64,000 bases of DNA from Candidatus Omnitrophota bacterium. GTDB lineage: Bacteria > Omnitrophota > Gorgyraeia > Zapsychrales > Fredricksoniimonadaceae. This document shows positions 11,469-25,350 of this stretch, one piece after another. Positions within the stretch are counted from its first letter, which is position 1. Every line of letters begins with the position of its first letter. The notes under the pieces were generated by a model that was not told the DNA's origin, ran no database searches, and saw only the letters and a list, made by a program, of their open reading frames with translations. The stretch is from positions 4,227-68,226 of the forward strand of contig CAIVRE010000010.1 in the NCBI GenBank assembly GCA_903908245.1, given 5' to 3'. A program made the position numbers and the translations under genes.

Positions 11469-13433
11469 ATGCCATCACTGTTCAAAAAGATAAAAACTGC
11501 TCTGGTCGGACACGCCAAGAACCCTTTTGACCGGACGATCTTTCACAAACTCTCTCTGATCGCGTTCCTAGCATGGATCGGCCTTGGGGCCGACGGGCTT
11601 TCCTCTTCCTGTTACGGGCCGGAGTCGGCATTCCTTGCCCTTCAAGGGCATACCTATCTAAGTATCTTTGTTGCTATCGCAACCGTTATCACGGTTTTTC
11701 TCATCAGCGCCAGTTATTCCCAGATCATTGAACTGTTCCCCTCGGGCGGCGGCGGTTACCTGGTGGCCAGCAAACTGCTCAACCCGTCACTGGGAATGGT
11801 CTCGGGCTGCGCGCTGCTCATCGACTATGTCCTGACAATATCGCTTTCCATCGCCAGCGGGGCGGACGCAGTCTTCAGCTTTCTTCCACCGGGATGGCTT
11901 CCATTCAAACTTGAGGCCGGCGTCCTTGTTCTTGTTATCCTTACCATCTTGAACATGCGCGGCGTCCGCGAGACCATTGAACCGCTCATCCCCATCTTCC
12001 TGATCTTTCTGGCCACACATATTTTTGTTATCCTCTACGCATTTATAACTCACGCCGGGGAATTCCCGGTGATCGTAGCCCAGGCCAGGACAGAAGCGGT
12101 CAATGCATCCGCCCAGATCGGGGTTTTCGGTGTTATTTTGTTAATGTTGCGTTCCTACAGCCTTGGCGCCGGAACCTATACAGGGATCGAAGCCGTCAGC
12201 AACGGCCTTCCCATCTTGCGGGAACCGCAAGTGGAAACAGGAAAACGGACCATGTTGTACATGGCTATCTCACTGGCTTTTACAGTCTTCGGGCTGATGG
12301 CTGCCTATCTTCTCTTTAAAGTCGTCCCTCAATCCGGCAAGACACTCAATGCGATCCTGTTCGAGAACATATCCGCTGGCTGGGGCGCCTGGGGCAATGT
12401 ATTCCTTATTACTACTCTTATTTCTGAGGCTCTGCTGCTCTTTGTGGCCGCTCAGACCGGTTTTCTCGGAGGCCCGAAAGTTATTGCCAATATGGCGCTG
12501 GACCGCTGGCTGCCCAATAAATTCACAAACTTGAGCGACCGGCTGGTCACCCAGAACGGCATCCTGATCATGGGGATCGCGGCCCTCATCACACTGGTCC
12601 TCGCCAACGGGAAAGTTCAGCTGCTGGTCATCTTTTACAGCATCAACGTTTTCATCACATTCTTTCTCTCATTGCTCGGAATGTCCCGGCACTGGTGGAA
12701 TGTACGCCGGGAAGACAAAGGGTGGCAACAAAAGATCCTTATAAGCGGAGCGGGACTACTGCTCACGACTTTCATTCTGATCTCGGTTGTTATCATTAAA
12801 TTCAATGAAGGCGGATGGCTTACACTGTTCGTTACCGGGACACTCATAACAGCCGCCATCCTGATCAAGCGGCATTACCTGGCTGTTGCCAAACTCCTGC
12901 ACCGGCTTAACTCTCTTGTCCACGCAACAACCATAACCGCCAAACCCGAAGTCAAAGGGATACCCGAATTCAATACGACCGGACGGGTCGCGGTCATTAT
13001 GGTGAACGGATTTAACGGAATGGGCCTGCACACGTTATTTAATGTCACCCGGTTCTTCGGAAAAGAATTCAAGAATTTTATCTTTGTGCAGGTGGGCGTG
13101 ATCGACGCAGGGAACTTTAAAGGCGCCGCCGAAATTGCGAATCTAGAAGATCATATTAAGAAGGACCTGGCCCGTTATGTCGATTTCATGCGCAGCCAGG
13201 GTCATTTCGCGGAAGGCATCCCTTTTATGGGTGTTGATATCGTCCATGAATCGGAAAAGATCATCGCGGTCATCGCGAAGAGATATCCCAACGCGGTCGT
13301 ATTCGGAGGGCAACTGGTTTTTCCCGAAGACAATCTCTTGACGCGCTGGCTGCACAATGACACCGCCTTCACCTTGCAGCGTAAATTCTACCAGGAAGGC
13401 ATTCCCTTCGTGGTGCTTCCCATCCGGGTTTAA
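11469..13433 (+). CDS. APC-superfamily (amino acid/polyamine/organocation) transporter with a ~200-aa C-terminal cytoplasmic domain
   Basis: 654 aa with about 12 predicted hydrophobic helices. SGGGGYLVASKLL motif typical of APC permeases. Hydrophilic C-terminal domain from about residue 470. Co-oriented with and immediately downstream of the 616-aa ORF. Confidence 0.75.
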   Translation: MPSLFKKIKTALVGHAKNPFDRTIFHKLSLIAFLAWIGLGADGLSSSCYGPESAFLALQGHTYLSIFVAIATVITVFLISASYSQIIELFPSGGGGYLVASKLLNPSLGMVSGCALLIDYVLTISLSIASGADAVFSFLPPGWLPFKLEAGVLVLVILTILNMRGVRETIEPLIPIFLIFLATHIFVILYAFITHAGEFPVIVAQARTEAVNASAQIGVFGVILLMLRSYSLGAGTYTGIEAVSNGLPILREPQVETGKRTMLYMAISLAFTVFGLMAAYLLFKVVPQSGKTLNAILFENISAGWGAWGNVFLITTLISEALLLFVAAQTGFLGGPKVIANMALDRWLPNKFTNLSDRLVTQNGILIMGIAALITLVLANGKVQLLVIFYSINVFITFFLSLLGMSRHWWNVRREDKGWQQKILISGAGLLLTTFILISVVIIKFNEGGWLTLFVTGTLITAAILIKRHYLAVAKLLHRLNSLVHATTITAKPEVKGIPEFNTTGRVAVIMVNGFNGMGLHTLFNVTRFFGKEFKNFIFVQVGVIDAGNFKGAAEIANLEDHIKKDLARYVDFMRSQGHFAEGIPFMGVDIVHESEKIIAVIAKRYPNAVVFGGQLVFPEDNLLTRWLHNDTAFTLQRKFYQEGIPFVVLPIRV

Positions 13434-13451
13434 CAATTATGCTCCCATTGG

Positions 13452-14330
13452 TCAGCACATTCCCGAATCCGGATCAATACAGGACGTCAGGATCCTGTTT
13501 TTCCCATCCTGTTTTGCCTGGTACATCAGGTCATCGGCTCTCTTGATCAGTGCATCAACAGACAGCGGCGGTGTTATGAAAGTCGCGAGGCCCATACTCA
13601 ACGTCACACTCATCCCCTGTTCACTCATAACCGTATTGAACTTCCTGGAAATACGTTCCGCGATCAAATACGCCTGAGTCGCATCAGTCTCGGGGAACAG
13701 GACAGAAAACTCATCTCCTCCCATCCTCGCCATGAAATCCGTCGCGCGGATACAATCCCTTGATATATCAACGACAAGGCACAAAACACTGTCCCCCGCG
13801 TGGTGCCCGGACGAGTCATTGATGGTTTTAAAATCATCGCAATCAAAATAAAGGACCGAAAGCGGACGTTTATAACGCCGCATACGACTGATCTCCAGTT
13901 CGGCACGCTCGTAAAATGACAGCAGATTATATGCGCCCGTCTTAAAGTCGATCCGGGAAAGCCTCTTTTCACCATCCAATAATTTCTTTATAGCCCCCAA
14001 CATTTGGGAAAATATGACAAAGAAGGTCAACTGGATAAAACCGTTCCAGACCAGGAGAAGCGCCGATACCTGATAATCACGTGCCATGACATCCGCAAGC
14101 ATCCACACAAGGAAGGAAACAATAGAGGTCAGGATCCCCGAACGACGATCCACATACCACACCGACAGAGCGATCGGGGCCAAATAGAACACGGTCACAT
14201 CGATCCCGAATCCCGTCTTCCAATCGATAAAGAAAATAATAACGACCAACGATAATACCGTCGATCTGACCCGGCCCTTTGTCCGTATAAAGAAACCGAG
14301 GAACTTCAAAAAGAAAGGATCTCTGAACAT
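13452..14330 (-). CDS. Membrane-anchored diguanylate cyclase (GGDEF domain)
   Basis: C-terminal GGDEF domain with the RMGGDEFSVLF active-site motif. N-terminal half has 4-5 hydrophobic helices. The track ORF extends to 14453, but the likely start is the internal Met (MFRDPFFLKF), which avoids overlap with the upstream gene. Confidence 0.75.
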   Translation of the reverse strand: MFRDPFFLKFLGFFIRTKGRVRSTVLSLVVIIFFIDWKTGFGIDVTVFYLAPIALSVWYVDRRSGILTSIVSFLVWMLADVMARDYQVSALLLVWNGFIQLTFFVIFSQMLGAIKKLLDGEKRLSRIDFKTGAYNLLSFYERAELEISRMRRYKRPLSVLYFDCDDFKTINDSSGHHAGDSVLCLVVDISRDCIRATDFMARMGGDEFSVLFPETDATQAYLIAERISRKFNTVMSEQGMSVTLSMGLATFITPPLSVDALIKRADDLMYQAKQDGKNRILTSCIDPDSGMC

Positions 14331-14358
14331 TTCTGGATCTCTCCTGTTCCCTTGTCCA

Positions 14359-14943
14359 CTAACCCGCGATCTTTTTCCCGAGCTCGAAAGCCTGCTCACG
14401 GACGCCAGACAGCTTGACGATCTCCCCCGAAACCCCCGCATTCTTGACAACAAGCGAGGCGTAAACCATCCCGGTGTATCGGGCGGTCAACTGGAACGGC
14501 TTTTCAAAAATATCAAACCCGGCATCTTCATAGCCGCTCCCCAGGAAAACAAACGTCTTGCCCTTAAGCGGCGTTGTCATGGTGTTGGCCGCGTTGTCCC
14601 ACTTGTACAAAGAAAACATCCTGTCCATCATGGCCTTCAGCTGACTGCTCGCGCCATAAAAATAAAGCGGCGAAGCCATTACGATCACATCGGCCTCTGC
14701 AAAACGAGCCACACAAACACTGACTTCATCCTTGATAACACAACGATAAACAGGGCTTTTCTGACATACGCGGCAGGAGGTACAACCCACGGCCTTATGC
14801 TCGAGGTCAGCCGCGCGGATGATCTCGGCAGTCGATCCGCCTGACCGTACGCCTTCCGCGAACCAGCCCACGAGCAAAGCCGTATTGCCATCCTTCTTCG
14901 GACTGCCCGAGATCACTAAAACATTCTTGCCCACAAAAACCAC
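14359..14943 (-). CDS. Iron-sulfur flavoprotein / NADPH-dependent FMN reductase family
   Basis: Flavodoxin-like N-terminus (VLVISGSPKKDGNT) plus a compact CxxCxxCx7C cluster (GCTSCRVCQKSPVYRC) typical of Isf proteins. Confidence 0.65.
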   Translation of the reverse strand: MVFVGKNVLVISGSPKKDGNTALLVGWFAEGVRSGGSTAEIIRAADLEHKAVGCTSCRVCQKSPVYRCVIKDEVSVCVARFAEADVIVMASPLYFYGASSQLKAMMDRMFSLYKWDNAANTMTTPLKGKTFVFLGSGYEDAGFDIFEKPFQLTARYTGMVYASLVVKNAGVSGEIVKLSGVREQAFELGKKIAG

Positions 14944-14948
14944 CCTTG

Positions 14949-15209
14949 TTACTGCCCAAGGTCCTTATACTGGGAATCCTGCTGTTTCTCGATATCGCGC
15001 AATCTCGACTTCGTTGAATTGAGGATCGCACTGTAACCTGAAGTATCAATGCCGCTCTCTTTGATGGATCCTGCCGTTGCCCTGTCCACAACGGGTTTCT
15101 GGACATACATTTTCAGAATAAAAAAATACATCGCGCAGGCAAGGGCGAGGGCCAGAAGGATCCCGATCAACGAAAAGAAACCCCGGCGGTCGGCCGAAAA
15201 AGGGGTCAT
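14949..15209 (-). CDS. Small protein with a single N-terminal TM helix, function unknown
   Basis: ORF MTPFSADRRGFFSLIGILLALALACAMYFFILK... Its start overlaps the stop of the upstream gene (ATGA), which suggests translational coupling. Confidence 0.45.
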   Translation of the reverse strand: MTPFSADRRGFFSLIGILLALALACAMYFFILKMYVQKPVVDRATAGSIKESGIDTSGYSAILNSTKSRLRDIEKQQDSQYKDLGQ

Positions 15210-15658
15210 CACGCCGCCTTCTTGATGCAGCAACAGCTTTCATCCGCATCACGCAGAATAATTGAAACGATCACCCCCTGGACAGGGACCAGGACCAGCA
15301 TCGAAAGCGTCCAGTAAATTACCACGGTCGTATTGACAGTCATAAAAATGTACGTAGCGATCATACCAGGGACGATCCCCGCAGCCCAGATACAAAGGCC
15401 ATAAAGCAACCCTTTTTTAATAGTCCCCATGCCTTCAAACGCCCTGCTGACCACTTTATACACCGCCACAAAAAGCAGCGATGCCACAAACAAACCCACG
15501 AACAAACGCTTGCTCGGTCCCATTGGCCGCCACACATTGATCGGCGCAAGGCTATACACCCAGCTGAATATCCCGCCGCACAAAACAACCCCCGTGATCA
15601 TCTTGAACAGAAATACCGCCACTGCCGCTAAAAGCTTCTTTCCACAATCACATTTCAT
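15209..15658 (-). CDS. Predicted 4-TM membrane protein with a C-terminal CCC motif, function unknown
   Basis: The internal start MKCDCGKK is preceded by a strong AAGGAGG Shine-Dalgarno sequence. Four hydrophobic segments. Ends in ESCCCIKKAA. Confidence 0.5.
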   Translation of the reverse strand: MKCDCGKKLLAAVAVFLFKMITGVVLCGGIFSWVYSLAPINVWRPMGPSKRLFVGLFVASLLFVAVYKVVSRAFEGMGTIKKGLLYGLCIWAAGIVPGMIATYIFMTVNTTVVIYWTLSMLVLVPVQGVIVSIILRDADESCCCIKKAA

Positions 15659-15696
15659 AGCTGCCTCCTTTTTTAATCCTTGATCAACCTTCAAAA

Positions 15697-17316
<1,620 letters not shown>

Positions 17317-18153
17317 TTATATTGACGAGTTCTCCGGCAAAATGAGCTCCACAGGGATGTATTCAGGCTTGATATTCTTTATACTGTTAAAGATATTGAT
17401 CTTCAAAGACGGGGTCACCTTTTCCATTTCCGCGATGATCTTCTTGATCGCCGCGCGCTGAGTATGCCCTGAAACCGGACAACGACACCCGCCCAAACCC
17501 CCGATCCCAGCGGCTTTGGCAAAAGTACGGATCATGCTCTCATTCTCATAGGCCAGCGGACGAATAAGGGTAAGCGCACCATCAAAGATCTCCTGACTGG
17601 GACACATCGCGCTAAGCTCACCTTTAAAAAACTGATTAAGAAGGATCGTCTCGACAATATCGTCCAAATGATGCCCGAAAGCGATCTTGTTAAACCCGTG
17701 GCATTGCGCATACTTGAATAATATCTTCCGGCGATTCCAGGAACACCAGAAACAATTCAGGTCAGGATGTTTCTTCCCATCGGATGTCTCGAACAGATTT
17801 GTCCGTTCAATATGACAGAACACCCCCGTGGACTTTACATACGCCTCCAGAAGCCCGAGGTCAGGCCCGGGCATCCCCAGGTCCACATGCATGGCCATCA
17901 ACTCAAAACTGACAGGCGCGATCGCCTGGCGGTGCAGCATCACATTGAGCAAGGTCAGGCTGTCCTTGCCGCCGGAAACAGCAACCAGGACCCTGTCGCC
18001 TTCGTTGATCATCCCGTAATCCCCGATGGCCTTTCCGGCACGACGGGATATTTGATCGAAAACAACAAAAGTGTCCTTGTCAAAATAACTAAACAGGCGT
18101 TCCATTATCCCCTCCCAAACGAGCCGACGAAACCAACACGTCAAAATAATCAA
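17317..18153 (-). CDS. ttcA: PP-loop ATPase of the TtcA family (tRNA 2-thiocytidine synthetase-like)
   Basis: SGGKDS PP-loop motif (VAVSGGKDSLTLL) and conserved CxxC cysteines (CFWCSW). Size is about 270 aa. Confidence 0.6.
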   Translation of the reverse strand: MIILTCWFRRLVWEGIMERLFSYFDKDTFVVFDQISRRAGKAIGDYGMINEGDRVLVAVSGGKDSLTLLNVMLHRQAIAPVSFELMAMHVDLGMPGPDLGLLEAYVKSTGVFCHIERTNLFETSDGKKHPDLNCFWCSWNRRKILFKYAQCHGFNKIAFGHHLDDIVETILLNQFFKGELSAMCPSQEIFDGALTLIRPLAYENESMIRTFAKAAGIGGLGGCRCPVSGHTQRAAIKKIIAEMEKVTPSLKINIFNSIKNIKPEYIPVELILPENSSI

Positions 18154-19021
18154 ACTCCATCTGGATCATTTCATCATCCTTTTTCCGAAGCCACTCGGAA
18201 ATCCAGGCAAAACGAAGAGCGATCATCAAGTCCGTAAAATGCTTGAAACTGATCCCGGCATATTCCCCCGAAGCCCGCAGCCGCCTAAGAAAAGACACCG
18301 GCGCCCCCGACCATAAACATTCGGGATCCTCGATCCCCAAGCAAGATACCATATTCGCCGCGTCATACAGCTCGGGCTTGAGGCCGCAAAACTCCCAGTC
18401 AATGACCGCCGCGATGCCGCCTTCATTCCAGATAATATTGATGGAATGATAATCCCCATGCGCAAAACACACCGGCAATTGATCGTAAACTGGATACAAA
18501 TGCTCCCTGGCATAACGATACATCTTTTCGACCCCAGGCAAGACATCCGGGCGGTTCTTGCGGATAGCCATCATTAATTGATCGATATACCGAGGCAAAG
18601 AAAACACGGGCCCGTCAATGACCGGTGAAACATCACGCAACCGCAATAAGAAATCCGCCGCCGCGTCCCCACGCCAGGCATCAAATATATATCCCGGCCG
18701 ATCAAGTTGAACGCCAGGGACATAAGGAACGACCTGCCAGTGCCGCCCATCATGCTCGTGAAGAAAAACACCCGATGTATCGCGGCGATAAGGCACGGCT
18801 TCACTCAAACCTTTTGTCCTCAAATGCTCAAGGATTTCCGCAATATGGAGCTTTTTTGATAGCAGATCCGCCGCCACGGCTTCCACAATGAACAATGACC
18901 CCTGCCGGTCTTCAACGACCATCCGAAGATCTGTCCGCTCCGGGCTTCCGGCGATAACAATATCCGGCCGCTCACAGGATACATCAATATCCCAAAATTT
19001 AAATACCAATGGATCGATCAT
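18089..19021 (-). CDS. Aminoglycoside/homoserine-kinase-type phosphotransferase family protein (APH fold)
   Basis: Catalytic loop HGDYHSINIIW (HGDxxxxN) and DWEF motif typical of APH/choline-kinase-fold kinases. Confidence 0.65.
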   Translation of the reverse strand: MIDPLVFKFWDIDVSCERPDIVIAGSPERTDLRMVVEDRQGSLFIVEAVAADLLSKKLHIAEILEHLRTKGLSEAVPYRRDTSGVFLHEHDGRHWQVVPYVPGVQLDRPGYIFDAWRGDAAADFLLRLRDVSPVIDGPVFSLPRYIDQLMMAIRKNRPDVLPGVEKMYRYAREHLYPVYDQLPVCFAHGDYHSINIIWNEGGIAAVIDWEFCGLKPELYDAANMVSCLGIEDPECLWSGAPVSFLRRLRASGEYAGISFKHFTDLMIALRFAWISEWLRKKDDEMIQMEFDYFDVLVSSARLGGDNGTPV

Positions 19022-19983
19022 TGTTTCCTGAATTTTGCCATAAAGAACCCGGAAAAGACACCATCAGGCAACACCCGCCAACAGGCCAAAAGATCCTGCT
19101 TATACTCGCGCCGTTCATAATTCTTTAACGCGGGATACCTTGGAACTCCAGGAAGATCAAAAACCTCAAGCGCGAACTCCCCCTCACTTTTCTTCAAGAA
19201 CCAGTCCACCACGGCCTCATTCTCTTCCGGCGCAAAAGTACAGGTCGAATAGACCAAAACTCCCCCGGGCTTCACGCAACGCCCGGCATTGAGCAAAAGA
19301 CCTTTTTGTTTATGCGCCATTTCCTTGATCTTGTGCGGGCTCCAATAACCGAACGATTTCTTGTCATTGATATCAAAACGGCCTTCTGAACTGCATGGCG
19401 CGTCCACCAGGACTTTGTCAAACAACCCTTCCGGAGGGCGGAACCTCCGCCCGTCCTTCAACAGGCATTTGACATTCTCCGCGCCGGTCAACGCGCAAAC
19501 AGACTTCAACTTAAAGAATCGTCCTTTGACCACTTCGACCGCGGTGATCTCTCCCTGATTCTGCATCATCGCGGCCATTTGAGTTGTCTTGCTGCCAGGC
19601 GCTGCGCAAAGATCAAGGACCCTGTCCCGGGCAACCGGATCCAAAAGGCACGCAGGAAGCACACTGGAAGGCGATTGCCAATACAACCTGCCGTCAGTGA
19701 ATTGTTCAAGATCGCGCAATCGATCCCTGTCCGCTGCGCCAATAATAAGGACATCCCCAACCGACGGATGAACACGGGCTGTTATACCCCCAAGGCCTTT
19801 TAAAAGCGCAACAGCATCCGCTGTTCTCATCTTCAAAGTATTAACACGGATCGCAAAGGCCAAAGGAGATATAAAAGACGCGAGCACACTGTCGTATCGA
19901 TCAACAGGGATAATATTCTTTAAACGCTCGATGAACAGGACCGGCAGGAAAGGCATACTGGCTTGGAGGTCAGGCTTTAACAA
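19018..19983 (-). CDS. rRNA cytosine-C5 methyltransferase, NOL1/NOP2/Sun (RsmB/RsmF) family
   Basis: SAM-binding LDLCAAPGSKTTQMA motif and the conserved DAPCSSEG and CTF catalytic-cysteine motifs. Confidence 0.75.
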   Translation of the reverse strand: MLKPDLQASMPFLPVLFIERLKNIIPVDRYDSVLASFISPLAFAIRVNTLKMRTADAVALLKGLGGITARVHPSVGDVLIIGAADRDRLRDLEQFTDGRLYWQSPSSVLPACLLDPVARDRVLDLCAAPGSKTTQMAAMMQNQGEITAVEVVKGRFFKLKSVCALTGAENVKCLLKDGRRFRPPEGLFDKVLVDAPCSSEGRFDINDKKSFGYWSPHKIKEMAHKQKGLLLNAGRCVKPGGVLVYSTCTFAPEENEAVVDWFLKKSEGEFALEVFDLPGVPRYPALKNYERREYKQDLLACWRVLPDGVFSGFFMAKFRKQ

Positions 19984-20554
19984 TACCCATCAAGGCATGC
20001 ACTTGATCTAAAAGTGCATCTGAATTAAATGGTTTATCGATACACGCATCAACCCCGATATCAAGAAGCCGCTTCTTGTCCGCTTCCTCAAAATACGCGG
20101 AAACACCAATGATCGATGTGTGCACACAATTAGGCGACCGTTTAACTTTCTGGGCAACTTCATAGCCATTCATCCCGGGCATTTTCATATCAAGGATGAT
20201 CACATCCGGCTTGAACAACAAAAGCTTGATCCCTGCCTCGAAACCGTCATAGGCCACATCAACTTCGAAAGAAAGATCTTTCTTGAAAAGCCGCTTTAAT
20301 GAACTCACCATATTCGCATCATCGTCCACGATCAGGATCTTGCGCGTATTCCCCCGGGTGGAAAGGCTGTCCGGAATAGGCATATTATAATGCTTGAGGA
20401 ACTCAACAAAATCAACTGTCTGAACACGGCTATGATTACCGGGCGTGCGATAAGCTTTCAGTTTGCCATCGTGGATCCACTGCAAAACCGTCCTGAGATG
20501 GACATGGCAAAGCTCAGCAATTTCACCGGTTGTTAAAGGCTTTTCATTTGACAT
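19970..20554 (-). CDS. Response regulator with an N-terminal excisionase/MerR-type HTH and a C-terminal receiver domain
   Basis: N-terminus LTTGEIAELCHVHLRTVLQWIHDGKLKAYRTPGNHSR is an HTH_17-like DNA-binding domain. Receiver domain KILIVDDDANMV...DVIILDMKMPGMNG. Confidence 0.7.
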   Translation of the reverse strand: MSNEKPLTTGEIAELCHVHLRTVLQWIHDGKLKAYRTPGNHSRVQTVDFVEFLKHYNMPIPDSLSTRGNTRKILIVDDDANMVSSLKRLFKKDLSFEVDVAYDGFEAGIKLLLFKPDVIILDMKMPGMNGYEVAQKVKRSPNCVHTSIIGVSAYFEEADKKRLLDIGVDACIDKPFNSDALLDQVHALMGIVKA

Positions 20555-20589
20555 AGAGGGTTCCTATTTTTCCATTTTCTCCGCTTTAA

Positions 20590-20625
20590 AGATATAACGG
20601 ATGCTGCCTGTTGTCAAGAGATCTC
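20590..20625 (-). promoter_or_regulatory. Candidate sigma70-type promoter for the HTH-REC regulator gene
   Basis: On the minus strand: TTGACA-acaggcagcatccgtta-TATCTT (TTGACA -35, a 16-17 nt spacer, and a TATATC/TATCTT -10), about 60 nt upstream of the start codon at 20554. Confidence 0.3.
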
Positions 20626-20721
20626 ACGGATGCGCTCAATATTTTCTTTAAGGCCAAGCAATATCATGACATCGCTATCCTTGATATATTCTACGAAGTT
20701 TTAAAGGGAGGTCCCAGAGAA

Positions 20722-21006
20722 TTATGGAATCAAAATGGGGGCGGAATCCCCGGCATCAAGCAGAATAGAAACAACATTTCTCTTCACTTCAATAAAACCG
20801 GCTTTTTGCGTCTTAAAAAAGACAGCCTTTTCGGAAGAAGGAATGCGCAACTCGAACCGCCCGGGCATCAGCGTTGACAACAAAGGAGCATGATCGGGAA
20901 GGATCCCCATGCTCCCCGCCCCACCCGGAACAGAAAGGTACAGCGCCTCTCCATCAAAGAGGCTGCGCTCAGGCGTTATGATCGAAACAGCGAATGTTCT
21001 GCCCAT
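20722..21006 (-). CDS. atpC: F1Fo ATP synthase epsilon subunit
   Basis: 94-aa ORF immediately downstream of atpD. Sequence is typical of epsilon (IITPERSLFDGE...). Confidence 0.8.
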   Translation of the reverse strand: MGRTFAVSIITPERSLFDGEALYLSVPGGAGSMGILPDHAPLLSTLMPGRFELRIPSSEKAVFFKTQKAGFIEVKRNVVSILLDAGDSAPILIP

Positions 21007-21014
21007 AAAAAGAC

Positions 21015-22427
<1,413 letters not shown>

Positions 22428-23276
22428 TTACCCTTTCAATGCCTCAACAGAAGAAATGATCTCGATGACCTCTCTGGTGATCACCGCTTGCCTGACTTTA
22501 TTCCTCAGGAGGACCAGGTCCCCCATCAGCTCTTTCGCATTATCCTTGGACGACTTCATCGCGACCATCCGCGCGGAATGCTCGCAAATGAACGATTCGA
22601 GCAGCATCAGGCGGAACCAGCTCGAAAGATACAACGGCAGTAACTCGGTCAACATGCCGTCACGATTCGATTCCAGAATGAAATTCATGTTGTTCGCCGG
22701 CGGAAGGTCAACATGCAGGAACTTGACCACCTTGGGGTGATGCTTCATCGGATTCTCAAAGACCGAATACGCCACATGCACTTCAGCGACCTTGCGCTCC
22801 AGAAAATCAGACACCAGCGTATCGAACATCTTCTGGTGAAAATTCCCTGTTAAACGCCCGTGGGCACCGGGAAAAGAATGGGCGATATCCATCCCTTTCT
22901 TGCGAAAATGTCCGCTGCCCTTACGGCCATAAACATAAAGCCTGATCGCACGGCCCGGGTTTTTTTCTATAAAACGTTCTACAGTACGCATCACCTGATA
23001 ATTATAAACGCCACACAGGCCGGTATCCGCACTGACCACGAACAATGCCAATGGCCCGTCGCGCTTGACCATAAAAGGGTTTTTGGTCATGGTCTCGACG
23101 CCCGCCACATTCGCGAAAATGGAACTGATCTTCTCAAAATAAGAACGCCCCCTCTTAAGCGGCGCATCCAAAGACTTAAATTTGGACATCGACACCATCT
23201 CCATTGCCCGGGTCACCTTCCAGGTGCCCTCAACAGAACGGATACGCGACTTTAATTGCCTAAGCTGCTGGGACAT
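22428..23276 (-). CDS. atpG: F1Fo ATP synthase gamma subunit
   Basis: 282 aa, positioned between atpA and atpD. Typical gamma N- and C-terminal helices. Confidence 0.9.
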   Translation of the reverse strand: MSQQLRQLKSRIRSVEGTWKVTRAMEMVSMSKFKSLDAPLKRGRSYFEKISSIFANVAGVETMTKNPFMVKRDGPLALFVVSADTGLCGVYNYQVMRTVERFIEKNPGRAIRLYVYGRKGSGHFRKKGMDIAHSFPGAHGRLTGNFHQKMFDTLVSDFLERKVAEVHVAYSVFENPMKHHPKVVKFLHVDLPPANNMNFILESNRDGMLTELLPLYLSSWFRLMLLESFICEHSARMVAMKSSKDNAKELMGDLVLLRNKVRQAVITREVIEIISSVEALKG

Positions 23277-23279
23277 AGA

Positions 23280-24803
<1,524 letters not shown>

Positions 24804-24804
24804 T

Positions 24805-25350
24805 TTATATCACCTGGGATTGAAGCAACTTTTTCCTAAGCTCTACGAGACGGTTGCGGACTGAACCGTCGATTATCCTGTTCCCAATAATAACCTGCAC
24901 TCCGCCGAGCAAATCGGGATCAAGCTCCAAATAAAGATTCGACTTCTGCTCTAAAACACTCTCCAGCTTGACCTTGATGCGCGAGATCGTTTCAAGTTCA
25001 AGGGGGAACGTGGTCTTCAATGTCACATCAACCGAGTCCCCATGCGCAAACTGCACCCGTACCTGATCGGCGATATCCGATAATCTGGTCACCCGGTGCT
25101 TGACGATCAAATAATTGATAAAAGTGACCGTCTCATCCGAATAATACCCCTTGAACATCGCCTCCAGAACCCTGGCTTTCTCGACACGAGGGACCTCCGG
25201 AGCCAGAAGAAAATATTCAAGGTCTTTTTCTTCACGCAAAAGCCATTTGAGGCTCTTCATTTCCTCGACACAGCGCTCCAGGCCGATCCGCGGGCTAGCA
25301 AAATCCACAAAAGCCTTGGCATAACGTTTAACGATGATCTGGTCGCGCAT
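24805..25350 (-). CDS. atpH: F1Fo ATP synthase delta (OSCP) subunit
   Basis: 181 aa, positioned between atpF and atpA. OSCP-like sequence. Confidence 0.8.
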   Translation of the reverse strand: MRDQIIVKRYAKAFVDFASPRIGLERCVEEMKSLKWLLREEKDLEYFLLAPEVPRVEKARVLEAMFKGYYSDETVTFINYLIVKHRVTRLSDIADQVRVQFAHGDSVDVTLKTTFPLELETISRIKVKLESVLEQKSNLYLELDPDLLGGVQVIIGNRIIDGSVRNRLVELRKKLLQSQVI

